Assembly (NCBI RefSeq): GCF_009914755.1
Contig: NC_060926.1
Origin: the human T2T-CHM13v2.0 reference genome, Homo sapiens
Direction: 5' to 3' (one strand)
DNA length: 64,000 nucleotides
Below are positions 37,824-57,229 of this stretch, piece after piece. The notes beneath the pieces are model-generated. The model ran no database searches and was not told the origin of the DNA. It worked only from the letters and a program-made list of their open reading frames with translations. Every line of letters begins with the position of its first letter. Position 1 is the first letter of the stretch. The position numbers and the translations under genes were made by a program.

Positions 37824-38992
37824 TTTGTTCTTTTTGCTTAATCTTGCTTAAGGTCAATCTTATTTTCATTGTCTGAATTTATGCATTCACTTACTGAAGG
37901 ACATCTTGATTGCTTCCAAGTTTTGGCATTTATGAATAAAGCTGTTATAAACGTCTGTTTGCAGGTTTTTGTGTGGACATGAGATTTCAAGTCCTTTGGA
38001 TAAATACCAAGGTACATGATTGCTGCATCATATGGTAAGAGTATATTTAGTTTCGTAAGAAAGTGCCAAGCTGTCTTCCAAAGTGGCTGTGTCATTGTGT
38101 ATTCCTACCAGCAGTGAATGAGCCTTCTTGTCGCTCTGCATCCTCACCAGCGTTTGGTGTTGTCAGTGTTCTGGATTTTGACCATTCTAATAAGTGTGTA
38201 GTGGCATGTTGTTGTTTTAATTTTCATTTCCCTGATGACATGTGATGTGGAGCATCTTTTCGTATGCTTATTTACTGTCTGCTTATCTTCTTTGCTGAGG
38301 TATCTGTTAAGGTCTTTGACCCATCTTTTAATTGGGTCGTTTGTTTTCTTATTTTCGAGTTTTAGGAGTTCTTTGTATATTTTGGATGAGAGTCCTTTAT
38401 CAGATACATCATTTGCAAAGACATGTCATTCCTTGTCTGTGGCTTGCATTTCCATTCTCTTGACAATGTCTCTTATAGAGCAGAAATATTTAATTTCAGC
38501 AAAGTCTAACTTACCTTTTCTTTCTTTCATGGCTATTGTCTTTGGTGTTGTGTCTAAAAAGTCATCACCAAACCCAAGATCCTCTAGAATTTCTCCTATG
38601 TTAGTTTCTAAGGGTCTACAGTTTTGTGTTTTACATTTAAGGATGTTATCCATTTTGAGTTTATTTTTGTGAAAAGTGTAAAGTCTGTCTAGATTCTTTT
38701 TTTTTACACATGGATGTCCAGTTGTTCCGGTATCATTTGTTGAAGGGATTATCTTTTTGTTACTGTATTTCCTTTGCTCCTTTGTCAAAGATCCATTGAC
38801 TATATTTATGTGATTCTATTACGGGCCTCTATTCTGTTCCATTCATCTTTTGTCTATTTGTTCACCAGTACCACGCTGCCTTGATTACTGTAGCTTCATA
38901 GTGAGTCTTGAAGTCAAGTAAGTTCTCCGGCTTTGTTCTTCTCCTTCAGTATTGTATTAATACTCTGAGTCCTTTGCCTCTCCACATAAACT

Positions 38993-39035
<43 letters not shown>

Positions 39036-39302
39036 TTTTTGAGACGGAGTCTCACTCTGTCGCCCAGGCTGGAGTGCACTGGTGCAATCTCAGCTCACTG
39101 CTACTTCCGCCTCCCGGGTTCAAGCAATTCTCCTGTCTTAGCCTCCTCAGCACCACCACACCTGGCTAATTTTTTTGTATTTTAGTAGAGATGCAGTTTC
39201 ACCATGTTGGCCAGGCTGGTCTCGAATTCCTAACCTCAAGCGATCTGCCCGCCTTGGCCTCCCAATTGCTGGGATTACAGGCGTGAGCCACCGTGCCTGG
39301 CC
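38993..39302 (-). mobile_element. Alu with (TTTA)n tail
   Basis: Reverse Alu; TSD ctccaca(t/g)aaacttta. Confidence 0.9.
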
Positions 39303-39644
39303 TCCACAGAAACTTTAGAATTTATTTGTTGATATCCACAAAATTACTTGCTGGGATTTTGATTGGGGTTGTATTGAATCTATACATCAAGTTGAGAAGA
39401 AGTGACATCTTAATAATATTGAGGCTTCCTGTCCATGAGCGTGAAGTATCTCTCCATTTCTTTAGTTTTTAAAAAATTATTTCATGAGAGTTTTGTAGTT
39501 TTCATCATATAGGTCATATACATATTTTGTTAGCTTTATAACTAAGTATTTAATTTTTGAGGGATGCTGAAGTAAATGGTAATATGTCTTTAATTTCACA
39601 TTCCACTTGTCCATTGCTGGTATATAGAAGAGCAATTGACTTTT

Positions 39645-39935
39645 GTATTTTTTTTTTTTTTTGAGATGGAGTCTTGCTCTGTCGCCCAGGCTGGAGTGCA
39701 GCGGCACAATCTCAGCTCACTGCAAGCTCCATCTCCTGGGTTCACACCATTCTTCTGCCTCAGCCTCCTGAGTAGCTGGGACTACTACCACACTCGACTA
39801 ATTTTTTTTTACTTTTAGTAGAGATGGGGTTTCACCGTGTTAGCCAGGATGGTCTTGATCTCCTGACCTCATGATCTGCCCGCCTCGGCCTCCCAAAGTG
39901 CTGGGATTACAGGTGTGAGCCACCGCGCCCGGCCA
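39645..39935 (-). mobile_element. AluY-like
   Basis: cactgcaagctcc and gttagccaggatggtc diagnostics; TSD acttttgtat. Confidence 0.9.
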
Positions 39936-39981
39936 ACTTTTGTATGTTAATGTTGTATCCTGCAACCTTGCTGTAATCACC

Positions 39982-40428
39982 TGTATTAGTCAGTTCTCGC
40001 ACGGCTATAATAGTCAGTTCTCGCACGGCTATAAAGAAATACCTGAGACTGGGTAATTTATAAAGAAGAGGTTTAATTAGCTCATAGTTCTGCAGGCTGT
40101 ATAGAAAGTATGGTGGCATCTGCTTCTGGGGAGGCCTCAGAGAGCTTTTACTCATGGCAGAAGGCAAAGCGGGAGCAGGCATCTCACATGGCGGGAGCAG
40201 GCATCTCACGTGGCAGGAGCAGGACCGAGAGGGGAGTGTGCCACGCACTTTTAAACAACCAAATCTTGTGAGAACTCACTCACTATACAGAACCAAGGCA
40301 GGGGGACGGTGCTAAACCATTCATGAAGAATCTACCCCATGATCCAATCACCTCCCATCAGGCCCCACTGTTGTAATTCCCAACACTGAGAATTACAATT
40401 CAACAAGAGGTTTGCTGGGGACACTACA
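39982..40428 (-). mobile_element. MST-type MaLR solo LTR
   Basis: tgtattagtc...ataaagaaatacctgagactgggtaatttataaag...ggcatctgcttctggggaggcctcag. Confidence 0.82.
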
Positions 40429-41932
40429 TCACCTGTTAGTTCTAGGAGGGTTTTTTTTTGTCCTTTTTTTTTTTTTTTTTACATAAATGATCATGTCATC
40501 TGCAAATAAAGAATTTTATTTATTCCTTCCCAATCTATATACTTTTTATTTCTTTTTCTTGTGATATCACATTAGCTAAGACTTCCAGTACAATGTAGAA
40601 AAGCAGTGCTGACAGGGGACATCCTTGCTCCTGATCTTAGCAGGAAATCTAGTTTCTCACCATTATGTACAATATTAGTTGTAGGTTGTTTTTTGGTTTT
40701 TTTTGTAGATATTCTTTATCAAGTTGAGGAAGTTTCTCCTCTATTCTTAGATTACTCAGGATTTTAAATTATGAATGGGTTTTGGATTTTGTCAAATGCT
40801 TTTTCTGCACCTATTGTTGTGACATAATTTTTCTTCTTTAGCCTGTTGATGTGATGGATTATATTAATTGACTTTCTAATTTTAAACCAGTATTGCATAC
40901 TTGGAATAAATTCCACTTTGTCATGGTGTATTTCCTTCTGTTTTGTTTGTTTTATATAGAAATTATTTTAAAAAATAGTTTTAGATTTATGGAAAAGTTG
41001 AGAAGATAGTACAAATAGTTCCCAGAGTGATGATCAGGGAGACATAAACTGGACGTGGGTTGAACAAGAGCCACAAATCTGCCAACATAAATTGTTTGTT
41101 TATATCTTCTGCACCCAGTTTTCCCTATCATTAACATTTTATGTCGATATGGTACATTTATTACAATTGATGTACAAATATTGATCATTATCTAACGTGG
41201 TAGTTTATTCTGATAGTTTAGTTTTTATCTATTTTTTTGTTTATATTTATGTCTCATTTAACACAATTTTTCGGTTCCAGCAGGTCATCCAGGCTATCAC
41301 ATTACATTTAGCTGTCATGACTCCTTAAGCTTTTCTTGGCTGTGACAGGTTCTCAGGCTTTCCTTGTTTTTGATGGCCTTGACAGTTTTGAGGAGTGCTG
41401 ATGTAATGAGAATGCCACAGCAATGTTTGCTCCCTAGGCATTAGAAGTAGAACATCCAAATGGTTGAAGCCAGTGGCTAGAGAGAAGAACTTAGAAGTCT
41501 GGTATGCAACAAGATCTTCAAAACCAAAACCAAACAAACAAAAATGAACTTAGAGGCATCTTCCACACCCAGCAGACTGGGCTCCCTGCTTTCCTGTGGC
41601 TTCTTTCAAATGAACCTTTCAGACATTTCCCCATGAACTTCAAGTGGCTGGAGGATGAAGGACTTCCCTCCTAACTGTGCTCTTACTGTCCAAGATCTAT
41701 TTGTAATAAATCTTTGAACATATTTCATATTGTGGTGGTGTACTGAATTTGCACCTTCCACCAGAAGAACACAAGGTCAGGCTCCCAGCATCAGAGTGAT
41801 GGTCAGGCAGACACAGAATGAAGATCAGGCAGACATAAGCTAGACATGAGTCAGACAAGGGCCACTAAGCTATCTGCCAGTATAAACAAGTTTCCAGTGC
41901 AAGGAACCTCCCTGGTCACGGGTCAGACACTA

Positions 41933-42325
<393 letters not shown>

Positions 42326-43103
42326 TTAGGGCAGGGTTGCTAGCTGCTGTGGTACTGGAACCCCAGTTTAGCTGGGGGCTCTCAGAGCAACTGCTCAGGT
42401 ATGTTGTAAAATGTAATTTTATTAGAATTTATCTGACTTTTTTCATTATGAGACTGAAATGATGGGTTTTGGGGAGAAGACTACAGAAGTAAAGTACCAT
42501 TTTTGTCACATTATATCAAGGGTACATACTATTGACATCGTATCAACATCATTTATCCCTGTTGATGTTGACCTTGAGGTAGTGTGGTGAGTTTTCTCCA
42601 CTGTAAAGTGACTCTTTCCCCTCCCTCCTTTCCATACTGTATTCTTTAGAAGGAAGTCTTCATGTGCAACCCACAGTTTAGGAGTGGGAAGTTATGCTTC
42701 CTCTCCTTGAGGGAAGAGTAGCATCATAAAATATTTAGAATTTTTCCACACATGACTTTTGTTTCTTCTACCCCATTAACTTATTTATTCTACAATTAAT
42801 TTATATCAGCATGGATTCATGGATTTTTTTTTATACTTTGGGCTATGATTAAATATTATTTTATTTGTTTTGTTAACTCTATTCCAATCTTGGCCACCGG
42901 GGAGCTCTTTCGGTTGGCTCCTGTGTCTCTCTGACGTGCTGCCACCAGTGTGGGTTTTTGTGTCCAGCACTTCCTAACTTTCTGGCACTACAAGATGCTT
43001 TAGGCTCATCTTTTATATTTCTAGCCCCGGTCCTAGAGTCATCCATTTCTCCAAGAAATCTTGGCTCCTTTTATTGGAGAGTGGTCTTAGAAATCAGGAT
43101 CTG

Positions 43104-43402
<299 letters not shown>

Positions 43403-46400
43403 TCAAGATCTGGAAGCCGGGTATGCTTGTTGCTATTGAGGTGCTGATTTGTTTAGGCTCTCTCTGCTGACACAATGAGGAAATATATGTGTGTATTCTA
43501 TCCCATGTATATACATATATTTATAAATATTTCTCTAAGTAATCATGACTTCATTTGATGTTTCCAAATCTATTACCATGTAGATTATTCTAGTTTCCTT
43601 CCCTTACTTATCCCACCCAGTAAGAAACCTGGCACCCACCATCTGCCATCCATTAGCCTAACTGTCCAACCTTAGCATACACATATAGTGGCATAAGAAT
43701 TGTTCACCCTCACGCCTGTGGGAAATGACATTATCAGGTAGAGTACAGTGCTTATGTGCAGTGTCCTTTGCCTTCAGTCTTGCAGCAACACTCATTTCCA
43801 AGGTTACTTAGGTGAGCACCTTTTCTTTCCACTCCCTTCAGTGAGGTTGTTTTATACACTTGTAATACAGTTAGATGTTTTTGTCATAGTCTGCATTCTT
43901 TCCTGAGAGCCTCCAACCTCCTAAATGACTTTTTAAAATTTTGCATATGTTAACATTTATCTTTTATTCTGTAAAGTAGTATGGATTTTGAGAATTGCAT
44001 AATGTCAAGTATCCACCATTATAGCATTATACAGAATATAGTACTTAAAGAATAGATTTATTGTCCTAAAAATTCCTTTGCTTCACCTTTTTAACTTTCT
44101 TCTTTCCCCTCAAATCCCTGACAACCACTGACATTTTCCATGTTATATCATAATTATTGATATATGCTATATAACCACTGTATAGTATATCACCTTTCAG
44201 ACTAGCTTCTTTCACTTATCAATATGCATTTAAGGTGTCTCCATGTCTTTCTGTGGCTTGACAGCTAATTTATTTTTATTACTGAATAATATTCCATTGT
44301 ATGGATGTACCAAAGTTTGCTTATTCATTCACCTGTTGAAGGATATCTTTGTTGCTTCTAATTTTTGGTGATTATGAATGAAGCTGCTATGAAAATTCAC
44401 ATGCAGGTTTTTGTGTGGACATAAAGTTTTCAAATCAGTTGGGAAAATCATTAGGAGTGTGATAGCCTGATCATATGATAAGACTATGTTTAGCTTTGTA
44501 AGAAACTGCCAAACTATCTTCCAAAGTGGTGGTACTATGTTGCATTCCCACCATCAATGGGTGAGAGTTCCTATTGCTCTGCATGCTCATCAACATTTGG
44601 TATTATCAGGTTGTTGGATTTTAGCCATTCGAATAGGTGTGTTATTATTTTAATTTTTAATTCTCTAATGATGAATTATGCAATTATATATATCAAATAT
44701 GCATATGGAAATGTACATTTGACAAATATGCACTTCCATATGCATATTTGGTATCTCTGTATCTTTTCTGATTAGTTGTCTGTTCTGGTCTTTTGTTCAT
44801 TTTTAATTTGGGTTGTTTTCTTACTAAATTTTAATAATTCTTTGTATAGTTTGAATATAAGTCCTTTATCAGATATGTATTTTGCGAAGATTTTTCTCCC
44901 ATTCCATGAACTGTCTTTATATTTTGTTAACAATGTCTTTTGCTGGCAGAAAATTTTATCTAATATCCAAAGTTAATTTTTCTTTCATGAATTATGCTTT
45001 TGGAGTAGTATCCAAAAACATCATCAATCACAGGGTCACACAGAATTCCTCCTTTGTTTTCTTCTAGACATTTTATAGTTTTGCATTTTACACTGACGTC
45101 TATGATCCATTTTGGGTTAATTTGGGGAGAAAGTGTTAGGCTCATGTCTAGGTTTACTTTCACATAGACTTCTGTTTGTTTCAGCATTGTTAGTAAAAAA
45201 TAACTACTCTCCTTTATTTCTTCATTTTTATTTCTTTCTTTCCAATATATATACCTTTCATTTCTTCTTCTTGTATTGTTTCATATGCTAGGAATTCCAG
45301 TGCAATGTTGGGTGGATGTGGTGAACAGGGACATCCTTGCCTTGTTTGTGATCTTAGTGGGAAAGTGACCAGCTTCTCACCATTAAGTGTGATGTTTCCT
45401 TGTAGCTGTAAGTTTGCTTGTAGATGAGCTTTATCAAGTTGAGAAACAGCATCTCTATTCCTAATTTGCTGAGAATTTTTCGTGAATGGATGTAGGATTC
45501 GGTAAATGCTTTTTCTAAATCATTTGATATAATCATATAATTTTTCTTCTTTAGCCTGTTGCTATGGTGATTAGAATAATTTTCAAGTATTGAAACAACC
45601 TTGGATATCTGGGTAGCAGTATATAATTTATTTTTTATATGGTTGGATCTGACTTGATATTTTGTTGAGGAGTTTTGTGTGTATGTTCATAAGAGATACG
45701 GGTTTGTAGTTTTCTTTGTCTCCTTTGGTGTTAGAGTAATGCTAGCAGCGTAGAATGAGTAAAAAGTGTTTTCTCTACTTCTCTTTATTGGAAGAGATTA
45801 TGGAGAATTAATATTAATTTTACCTTCCTTAAAGGTTTAGTAGAACTCACCAGTGAAACTGTCTGAAAGTACTGTGGTTTTTTGGTTGTTGTTGAAATCA
45901 TTAATTATTCATTCAACTTCTTTATTATATACATGTAGACATGGCAATTCAGATAATCTTTTTCTTTTTTTTGTGATTTTTGATTTTTGATATTTCAAGG
46001 AATTGGTTCATTTTGTTTAGTTATGAAATTTGCAGACATAGAGTGGTCATGGTATTCCCTTATTATTCTTTTAATGTCCAAAGAATCAGTAGTGATGATT
46101 CCTTCTTCATTTCTGATATTAGTAATTTGTGTCTTCTCTTTTTTTCTGGTGCAGTCTGGCTTGAAGTTTGTGCCAATTTTATTGATCTCCTTTAAAAAGC
46201 TTTTGGTTTCAGTGATTTTCTCTACTTTTTTCCATTGTATGTTTCATTGATTTCCGATCTAGTTTTTATTATTTTTGTTATTCTGCTTGTTTTAGCCTTA
46301 AATTGTTCTCTTTTTGGTTTCCTGAGATGGAATCTTAGGTTGTTGAATTTAGATACTTCTTTCTTTATAATATGTGCATTTTAATGCTATATATTCCTCT

Positions 46401-46799
46401 AAGCTTTGCATTTCCTGCATCTCACAAATTTTGATAAGTGGTATTTTCATTTAGTTCAAAATATTAATTATCATTTATCTTGATAATAATTCTTTGATCC
46501 ATGTGCTATTTAAAACTATGCTGTTTAATTTTCAGATATTTGGGGAAAGCTATTTTACTGTTGTTGACTTCTAATTTTATTCCACTGTGGTCTGAAAGAT
46601 CCTTTGTGTTTTTATTTTTTATGTTTGTTTATGTGTGTTTTATGGCCTAGAATGTGGTCTACTTTGATGAGTGTTCCATGAGAGTTTGAGAATAATGCAT
46701 ATCCTACACATTAGATGGGTTATTCCAGAAATGTCAGTAAGATCAAGGTGATTGTTAGTGCTATTCAGGCCATCTGTGTCTTGACTCATACAGATTGGG

Positions 46800-48789
<1,990 letters not shown>

Positions 48790-48790
<1 letters not shown>

Positions 48791-50280
48791 TGCTAGGCTG
48801 AATTATGTTTTCCCAAAAAGATACTTAAAGTCCTAAACCCTGGTACCTGTGAAGGTGAACTTATTTGAAAACAGCCATTTTAGATATAATCAAGTTAAGA
48901 TGAGGTCATTAGGGTGGGCCCTAATCCAAAATGACTGGTGTCCTTATACAAAGAGGAGAAGAGACTCAGAAACAGAGACACACAGGGAAGATGCGAAGAT
49001 GGAGGCAGAGTCTCAAGTGATGTTTGTACAGGACCAGGAACACCAAGGATGGCCAGCAACACTAGAAGCCAGGAGAGACCTCTGGAACAGGCTCTAGCAT
49101 AGCATCGTGTGACAAATAGCAGGCCCTGAAAGAAATCAACACATTTTACCCCAAAATATATTTCTTTGATGTATTTTTAAGTGGCCCTGCAAAGCTGTCT
49201 CTTGTGGGGGAAATTTACATTCTGTAGAGAATCTCTTTCTCTTACTAAATCTTTTCAGGAGAGTCTAGCACCTTTTAAGGACTGATAAGAAGACATTTAC
49301 CATCTATTGTCTCTGAAGCCTGCTACCTGGATACTTCATCTGCGAAACGAGAACCTTGGCTTCCACAACCCCCCACTTACGTTAACCCAAAGCATTTCTT
49401 TCTGTTGATTTCAACTCTTTAGACAAAACTTAACTCTTTCAACCAATTGCCAGGCGGCAAATCTTTGCATCTACCTATGACCTGGAAGCCCTCTCACCCC
49501 ACCCCAGATGTCCCACCTTTCCAGACCGAAGCAGTGTATACCTCGCATGTATTGATTGATGTCTGCCTGTAACTTCTGCCCTCCTAAAATGTACAAAATC
49601 AAGCTGTGACCCAACCGCCTGGGCACATGTTCTCAGGACTTCCAGGGGCTGTGTCACAGACCATGATCTTGAACCTTGGCAAAATAACCTTCCAAATTGA
49701 TTGAGACTTGTCTCAGATGCTTTTTGGTTTACAATCTGTGGCCCCCTGCAGCTACTGTGTTACCTGTTGATCAAAATTAGTGACAGACACAGGAGTCTCA
49801 ATTGATCAAGTTTTATTAAGCCAGAGCTTGAGGGTGTGTTGGGGAAAAACACAAGTCACAGACATGTCTGTGTCTGACGTTATCCAAACAGGTTTTCAGG
49901 AGGTTTAGAATTTACATATTTCCTTACAGGGAGAAGGCTTGTAGGATGGCGGGTGGCAGAAGAATGGTTGACCTTATCTTGTCTTTGTTCTGTACCCAGG
50001 AAGATGAGCATCATCAGCGTGGAACCTGGCAGACTCTAGTTTTAGGAGCTAGACATAGAGTGCAGACTTAAAGCTATAACGGACACATCCTTGTTTTATA
50101 AGCAGATAGGCAGCCTTGAAAGCCTGCAAGATTTCCAGATGTCGGGAGTCTTTTGCCTTTCTCAGGCAGTCTGGCTAATGGATAATGCTTTGGCACAAGA
50201 CTGTAAAGTGATGACTATTTATTTGGGTAAAAGATGGTAGTGTTGTGTGACTGTCTCCATGCTTAATCTTCCCTCTGGCA
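48790..50280. mobile_element. Cluster of LTR fragments: MLT1-like (48790-49105), MER4-like (about 49108-49732) and a further reverse ERV1-like LTR (about 49765-50280)
   Basis: MLT1 motif ataatcaagttaagatgaggtcattagggtgggccctaatcc; MER4-like end ttggcaaaataacc...ttgagacttgtctcagatgctttttggtttaca. Confidence 0.65.
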
Positions 50281-51031
50281 TGTAGGGAAAAGAAAGAAAA
50301 ATCAGACTGTTACTGTGTCTATGTAGAAAGGAAAGACGTAAGAGACTCCATTTTGAAAAAGACTTGTACTTTAAACGATTGCTTTGCTGAGATGTTGTTA
50401 ATTTGTAGCTTTGCCCCAGCCACTTTGCCCCAGCCACTTTGACCCAACCTGGAGCTCACAAAAACATGTGTTGTATGAAATCAAGGTTTAAGGGATCTAG
50501 GGCTGTGCAGGACGTGCCTTGTTAACAAAATGTTTACGGGCAGTATACTTGGTAAAAGTCATCGCCATTCTCCAGTCTCAATAAACCAGGGGCACAATGC
50601 ACTGTGGAAAGCCGCAGGGACCTCTGCCCTTGAAAGCAGGGTATTGTCCAAGGTTTCTCCCCGTGTGATAGTCTGAAATATGGCCTCGTGGGATGAGAAA
50701 GACCTGACCGTCCCCCAGCCCGACACCCGTAAAGGGTCTGTGCTGAGGTGGATTAGTAAAAGAGGAAAGCCTCTTGCAGTTGAGATAGAGGAAGGCCACT
50801 GTCTCCTGCCTGCCCCTGGGAACTGAATGTCTCGATTTAAAACCCGATTGTGCATTTGTTCAATTCCGAGATGAGAGAAAAACCGCCCTGTGGTGAGAGG
50901 CGAGACATGTTTGCCGCAATGCTGCCTTGTTATTCTTTACTCCACTGAGATGTTTGGGTGGAGAGAAACATCAATCTGGTTTAGGTACACATCCAGGCAT
51001 AGTACCTTCCCTTGAACTTAATTATGACGTA
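50281..51031 (+). mobile_element. HERV-K (HML-2) LTR5 (LTR5A/B-like), 3'-truncated, about 750 bp
   Basis: Starts tgtagggaaaagaaag...tcagactgttactgtgtctatgtagaaag and contains ggaaagccgcagggacctctgccc. It stops abruptly after gaacttaattatgacgta, with no poly(A) signal, U5 or 3' terminus. Confidence 0.9.
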
Positions 51032-51099
51032 CGGTGCCCTGAGCAGGGAGGGGAGGTGGCTGCAGGCAGAGCGCTGGGGGGGCCATTCCTGTCCTAGCG

Positions 51100-53290
<2,191 letters not shown>

Positions 53291-53764
53291 TGTCTGCTCC
53301 TCCCATGCTCAGTTACTGATACAGTTACTGCCTGAGCACCGGGACCTCCACTCCTGGAAGGATCTGTGCAGAGGCTGCAGGCACTGATGGGGAAATAGAC
53401 ACACCTCCGGCACCCAGGGGCCTCGTGCTGCCACCGGAGGAGGATCCCCTCTCCTTCCTGGGGCTCCAACCCCTGCTGCTGCTTCTGCTGCCATGTGACA
53501 CCCAGGCATGGCCAGGCCCCCACGCAGAACGTCTGTGAGGGCAGCTGGTTGGCCCCACCCCATCGGCTCCCCTGTGTGCTCAGCAGCCCTTTGCCTGGCA
53601 GGATCTGGCAGCCCCATCGGGGCCTCTGGATGCCACACAGGACTGGCTCTCAGGCCTGTCCCATGGAATTCCTGTCTCCAGTCCACAGCAGGGAAGAGGA
53701 GCCAGGGGCTCCAGAAAGAGCCAGCTCTCTGCCTGGGTAGGAGGGGGCTTTATGGAGGGGTGAA

Positions 53765-54078
53765 AGGTGTGTGTGTGAAGGGGCAGCCTCAGAGAGGAGG
53801 GTGTGTGTGTGAAGGGGCTTTCTCGCAGGGAGGAGGGTGTGTGTGTGAAGGGGCAGCTTCAAAGAGGAGAGTGTGTGTGTGAAGGGGCAGCCTCAGAGAG
53901 GAGAGTGTGTGTGTGAAGGCGCTTTCTGGTGGGGAGGAGGGTGTGTGTGTGAAGGGGCAGCTTCGGGGAGGAGGGTGTGTGTGTGAAGGGGCTTTCTGGC
54001 GGGGAGGAGGGTGTGTGTGTGAAGGGGCAGCTTCGGGGAGGAGGGTGTGTGTGTGAAGGGGCAACCTCCGGGAGGGGA
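53765..54078 (+). repeat. Minisatellite of about 30-35 bp (GAGGAGGGTGTGTGTGTGAAGGGGC...), about 9 units of two alternating types
   Basis: Directly visible; GCAGC-type and GCTTTCT-type units alternate. Confidence 0.9.
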
Positions 54079-55375
54079 GAGGATTCTTCTTTCTCTCCCT
54101 CCACCAAACGCTCGTCCAGGAAAACGTGGCCTCACCGGCATCCCCAGGGAGAAGCCCACGCACCATGAGACGGGAATCATACAGGGTGGTCGGAGGGGAG
54201 TGGAAGTTCCAGGCAGCCCCTTCTCATCTCTAGCAAAAGGAAACCCTACAGCAGCGAGTGGCTGACAGGACCCAAAACACCGGGGTGTGGCCGTGCTGGC
54301 TGAGACCGCCTGGACCCCACAGGGCTCTGGCTGTGCCCCGGTGTCTCCCGCGACCTCACGGTGCGCTCATTAGCACACTCGTCACACCCCCACCAGCGCG
54401 TGATGGCTCCAGAACACCCAGATTTGGTGTAAGAAGTGGGCGGCGCCGCAGCTCTGAGACATCTCCACGTTTTCCAGGAATCCTGTGGATTCCTCCAGCC
54501 CCAGCGCCCCTGCCCGGGACGGGACTCTAGAGGGCGCCACACTCCCTTTCTCCAGTGGGAGCTTTGGGCTTCGCAGGAAATCTCTGGTCTTTCACTATTT
54601 GCCAACTCGCCCCTGAATTCCTTCTCGTGATGGTGTCAAGAGCCTGGACGCTGGCCGGGGTGGAGGTCTCACTGGGGTTGGGGTGTCCCGTAGCCCCCCG
54701 CATCGAGGACATCTCCCTGCTTTCTCCTCTCGTCCTTCCCCCATAGCAGAGCGGCTGGGCCCAGGGCTGCTGCCCACCAGAGGACGGGGTACAGCCTGTG
54801 GCAGGAGCACCGGCCACCTCACTCCCTCCCTCTGGGTGGGGCAGCAGGACCCATAGCAGAGGGCCCTTATCTCCTTTGGGTGGAAGTTTCCAGACTGGCT
54901 CTGTTCTTTGGGAAGGAAATGGCTGGAGGTGCCATGCCTCCAGGTCCCAGTTCTGCCACCAAGGTCTCAGTGATTGACCTGGCTTTGGGCGGCGAGCGGA
55001 CCATGGTCCTGACGGTCGCGAACTCAGGGCCCGTGGGACTGGGTGCCCTGTGCCTAGTTCACAAGCCTACAGCCTCAGGCTCCAGCACCATCCTCAGCAT
55101 CCCATCGGGTCTCAGGCCTCCGTGGCTGTGGGCTCCCTCCCGGGCATGTCCAGGGCTGCAGCATCATCTTGGCAGACTTGGGACCTGGCGGACTCCCTGG
55201 GCTCTTCCCTGTCATCCTGCCCTTTCCTCTCCTGCTTCTTCTGTAACAAGAGGCAGGAAGGAGCCCGCGGGAGATGGGGAGACTCGGACCAGCCTCACCG
55301 TGTTGCCGCACACCCTTGCCTGCCCCTCCAGAAGCCTCTCTCGGGCCCAGGGGGACACACAGGTCTTAGAAATGG

Positions 55376-55381
55376 TTTATT
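55376..55381 (-). terminator. AQP12B: Polyadenylation signal AATAAA for AQP12B
   Basis: TTTATT on the plus strand, about 110 bp downstream of the stop codon. Confidence 0.8.
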
Positions 55382-55490
55382 GACAAATGGCTTCTGGGGA
55401 GGGGGCCAGGATTCCCTCTTAGCTACAGAAGGTTCCAGGGTCCAGCTACAAGCAGGGCCCTCGCACGGGGCTCACACAGAGCAAGGCCAC

Positions 55491-55690
55491 TCAGCTGGAA
55501 TGTGGCCCCTCAACACCACTGCGCCCAGGCTCCCGGACACTGGACCCCTTTGCAGGGGTCTGGGTGTCCCCTGAGGCCGGGGCCGGCTTCCCTCGGGGTG
55601 CTCGGTACTTGTTCTTCTGGCCGTAGAACAGGTTCCTCTGGAAAAGGTGGGGAAGGCGGCCCTGGTGCAGCAGCACAGCCAGGACCATCC
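55491..55690 (-). CDS. AQP12B: Aquaporin-12B exon 3 (coding part, 200 bp)
   Basis: Acceptor ttgcag|GG, peptide (G)MVLAVLLHQGRLPHLFQRNLFY...EGPHSS*; phase is consistent with exon 2. Confidence 0.93.
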
Positions 55691-57229
55691 CTGCAAGAGA
55701 AGGCAGGTCCCAGGTGGGCCGCGGGGCTCCTGGGCCCAAACACAGACAGGACACCCACTCCCAGGCCTGTGCCAGGACAGGCGAGCCAGGCAGCCTGGCC
55801 AGGAGCCCCAAGAACCCTGAGGCCCAGCTCCTGCCTGGTCCTGGTCTTCCCGCCCTGGTCATGCCCCTCTCTCTGGGTATGCCAGCCATGGGGACGGGGG
55901 CAAGCCGGTGGGGTTCCTTGTACTTCTGGACCACCCTCTGGGATGAGTGACTGGAATTCCCCTCCCCCCACATTGTCCTGAGCCACTCCCAGAGCTTCTG
56001 TGGCCATTTTCCTCCGGGACCTGATGTGGCGTCCCAGGGTGGCTGCTTGCAGGGCTGTGGCCTGGCGTAGAGGTGGGGGATGTGAGTGGACAAGAAAGAT
56101 GTGGATGCCCCTGGGTGGGAGGCTGGGCCTGGCTAAATCCTCATGCGAACGTTCTCCCAGAACTCCAGGAGCAGAGACTCCTAAATCCCCGCCTGCCTTC
56201 CAGGTCATTGGGAAGGGCAGGTGTTCCGGGCAGAAGGGGAGAGTAGATCCTCTTCAAGTTTGATCTCACTCCTCTAAGGATTTAACCCACAGTGTGTGAG
56301 CTCCACTAGGGCTGGCCTGAGGGGGCCCTGCCTGTCACCACCTGCAGCTGCTGTGGCTCCTGACAGTGGCCCCTGTGCCTACAGCTTGCCTACAGTTGCC
56401 CCTCACTCGGCCCTCCAGGCCCACACTGGTCCTAGCTCTGTTCCCAGGAGGGCAGGCCCAGGGAGGCGGGATGACCTGCTCAGGGGTGCTGCCAGCAGGT
56501 GCCGGTGGCCGCTCACACCCAGGGAGATAGCCCCATGTCCACACCTGGCTACGGGGCTCCTGGCTGCAGCCTTGGAGCTCCCCAGGGCTCATGCTGATAC
56601 TGAACTTGTGGATAAAGGGGTTAATGGAAGGACACAAGCCTGTTTTTCGGTTTCCTGAAGCTGCCCTAAGATGACAGGAAAGGGATGCTGTCAGAGGTGT
56701 CAAGCATCCAGATGGATGAGACGGGAAGAGACGCAGGAGCACAGCGTGGGGCTGACAAGCATGTGGACGACCAAACACTGCTGACATGGAGGGGCCGGAT
56801 CGCCCCTCCGCAGGGACGAAAGCTGGGAAACAACCCAGTTCTTCCGCAGCTGCCCCATGCTTTCAGAAGCTGGCGCCCGGGTCCCTGTGGGATGGGGTGG
56901 CCCTGGGACTCGCCTAGGAGGAGGGACGGCAATTCCGCATGGGAAGCTCCAGGGCCCCAAACCCCAAAATACAGAAGCAGCCAGTGCCCCCCTCCCTGGC
57001 CCTGGCAGGAGACAGGTTCCTCTCTAGAGGGGGCATGTGGACTCGAGTATCAGGCCCGCCCAAGCCTGGAGTCCCGCCTGAAACACGGATCCCAGCCTCC
57101 TCCTACTTGGCTCCTAGAAGCCGCAAATGCCCTTTGGGCTTCTCCACAGAGGCAGTTCTACAGTGAGAGGTTGCAGCCGGGTGAAGAGTATTTCCCCAGC
57201 GACACGCCCTTCCCAGAACACAGGATGTG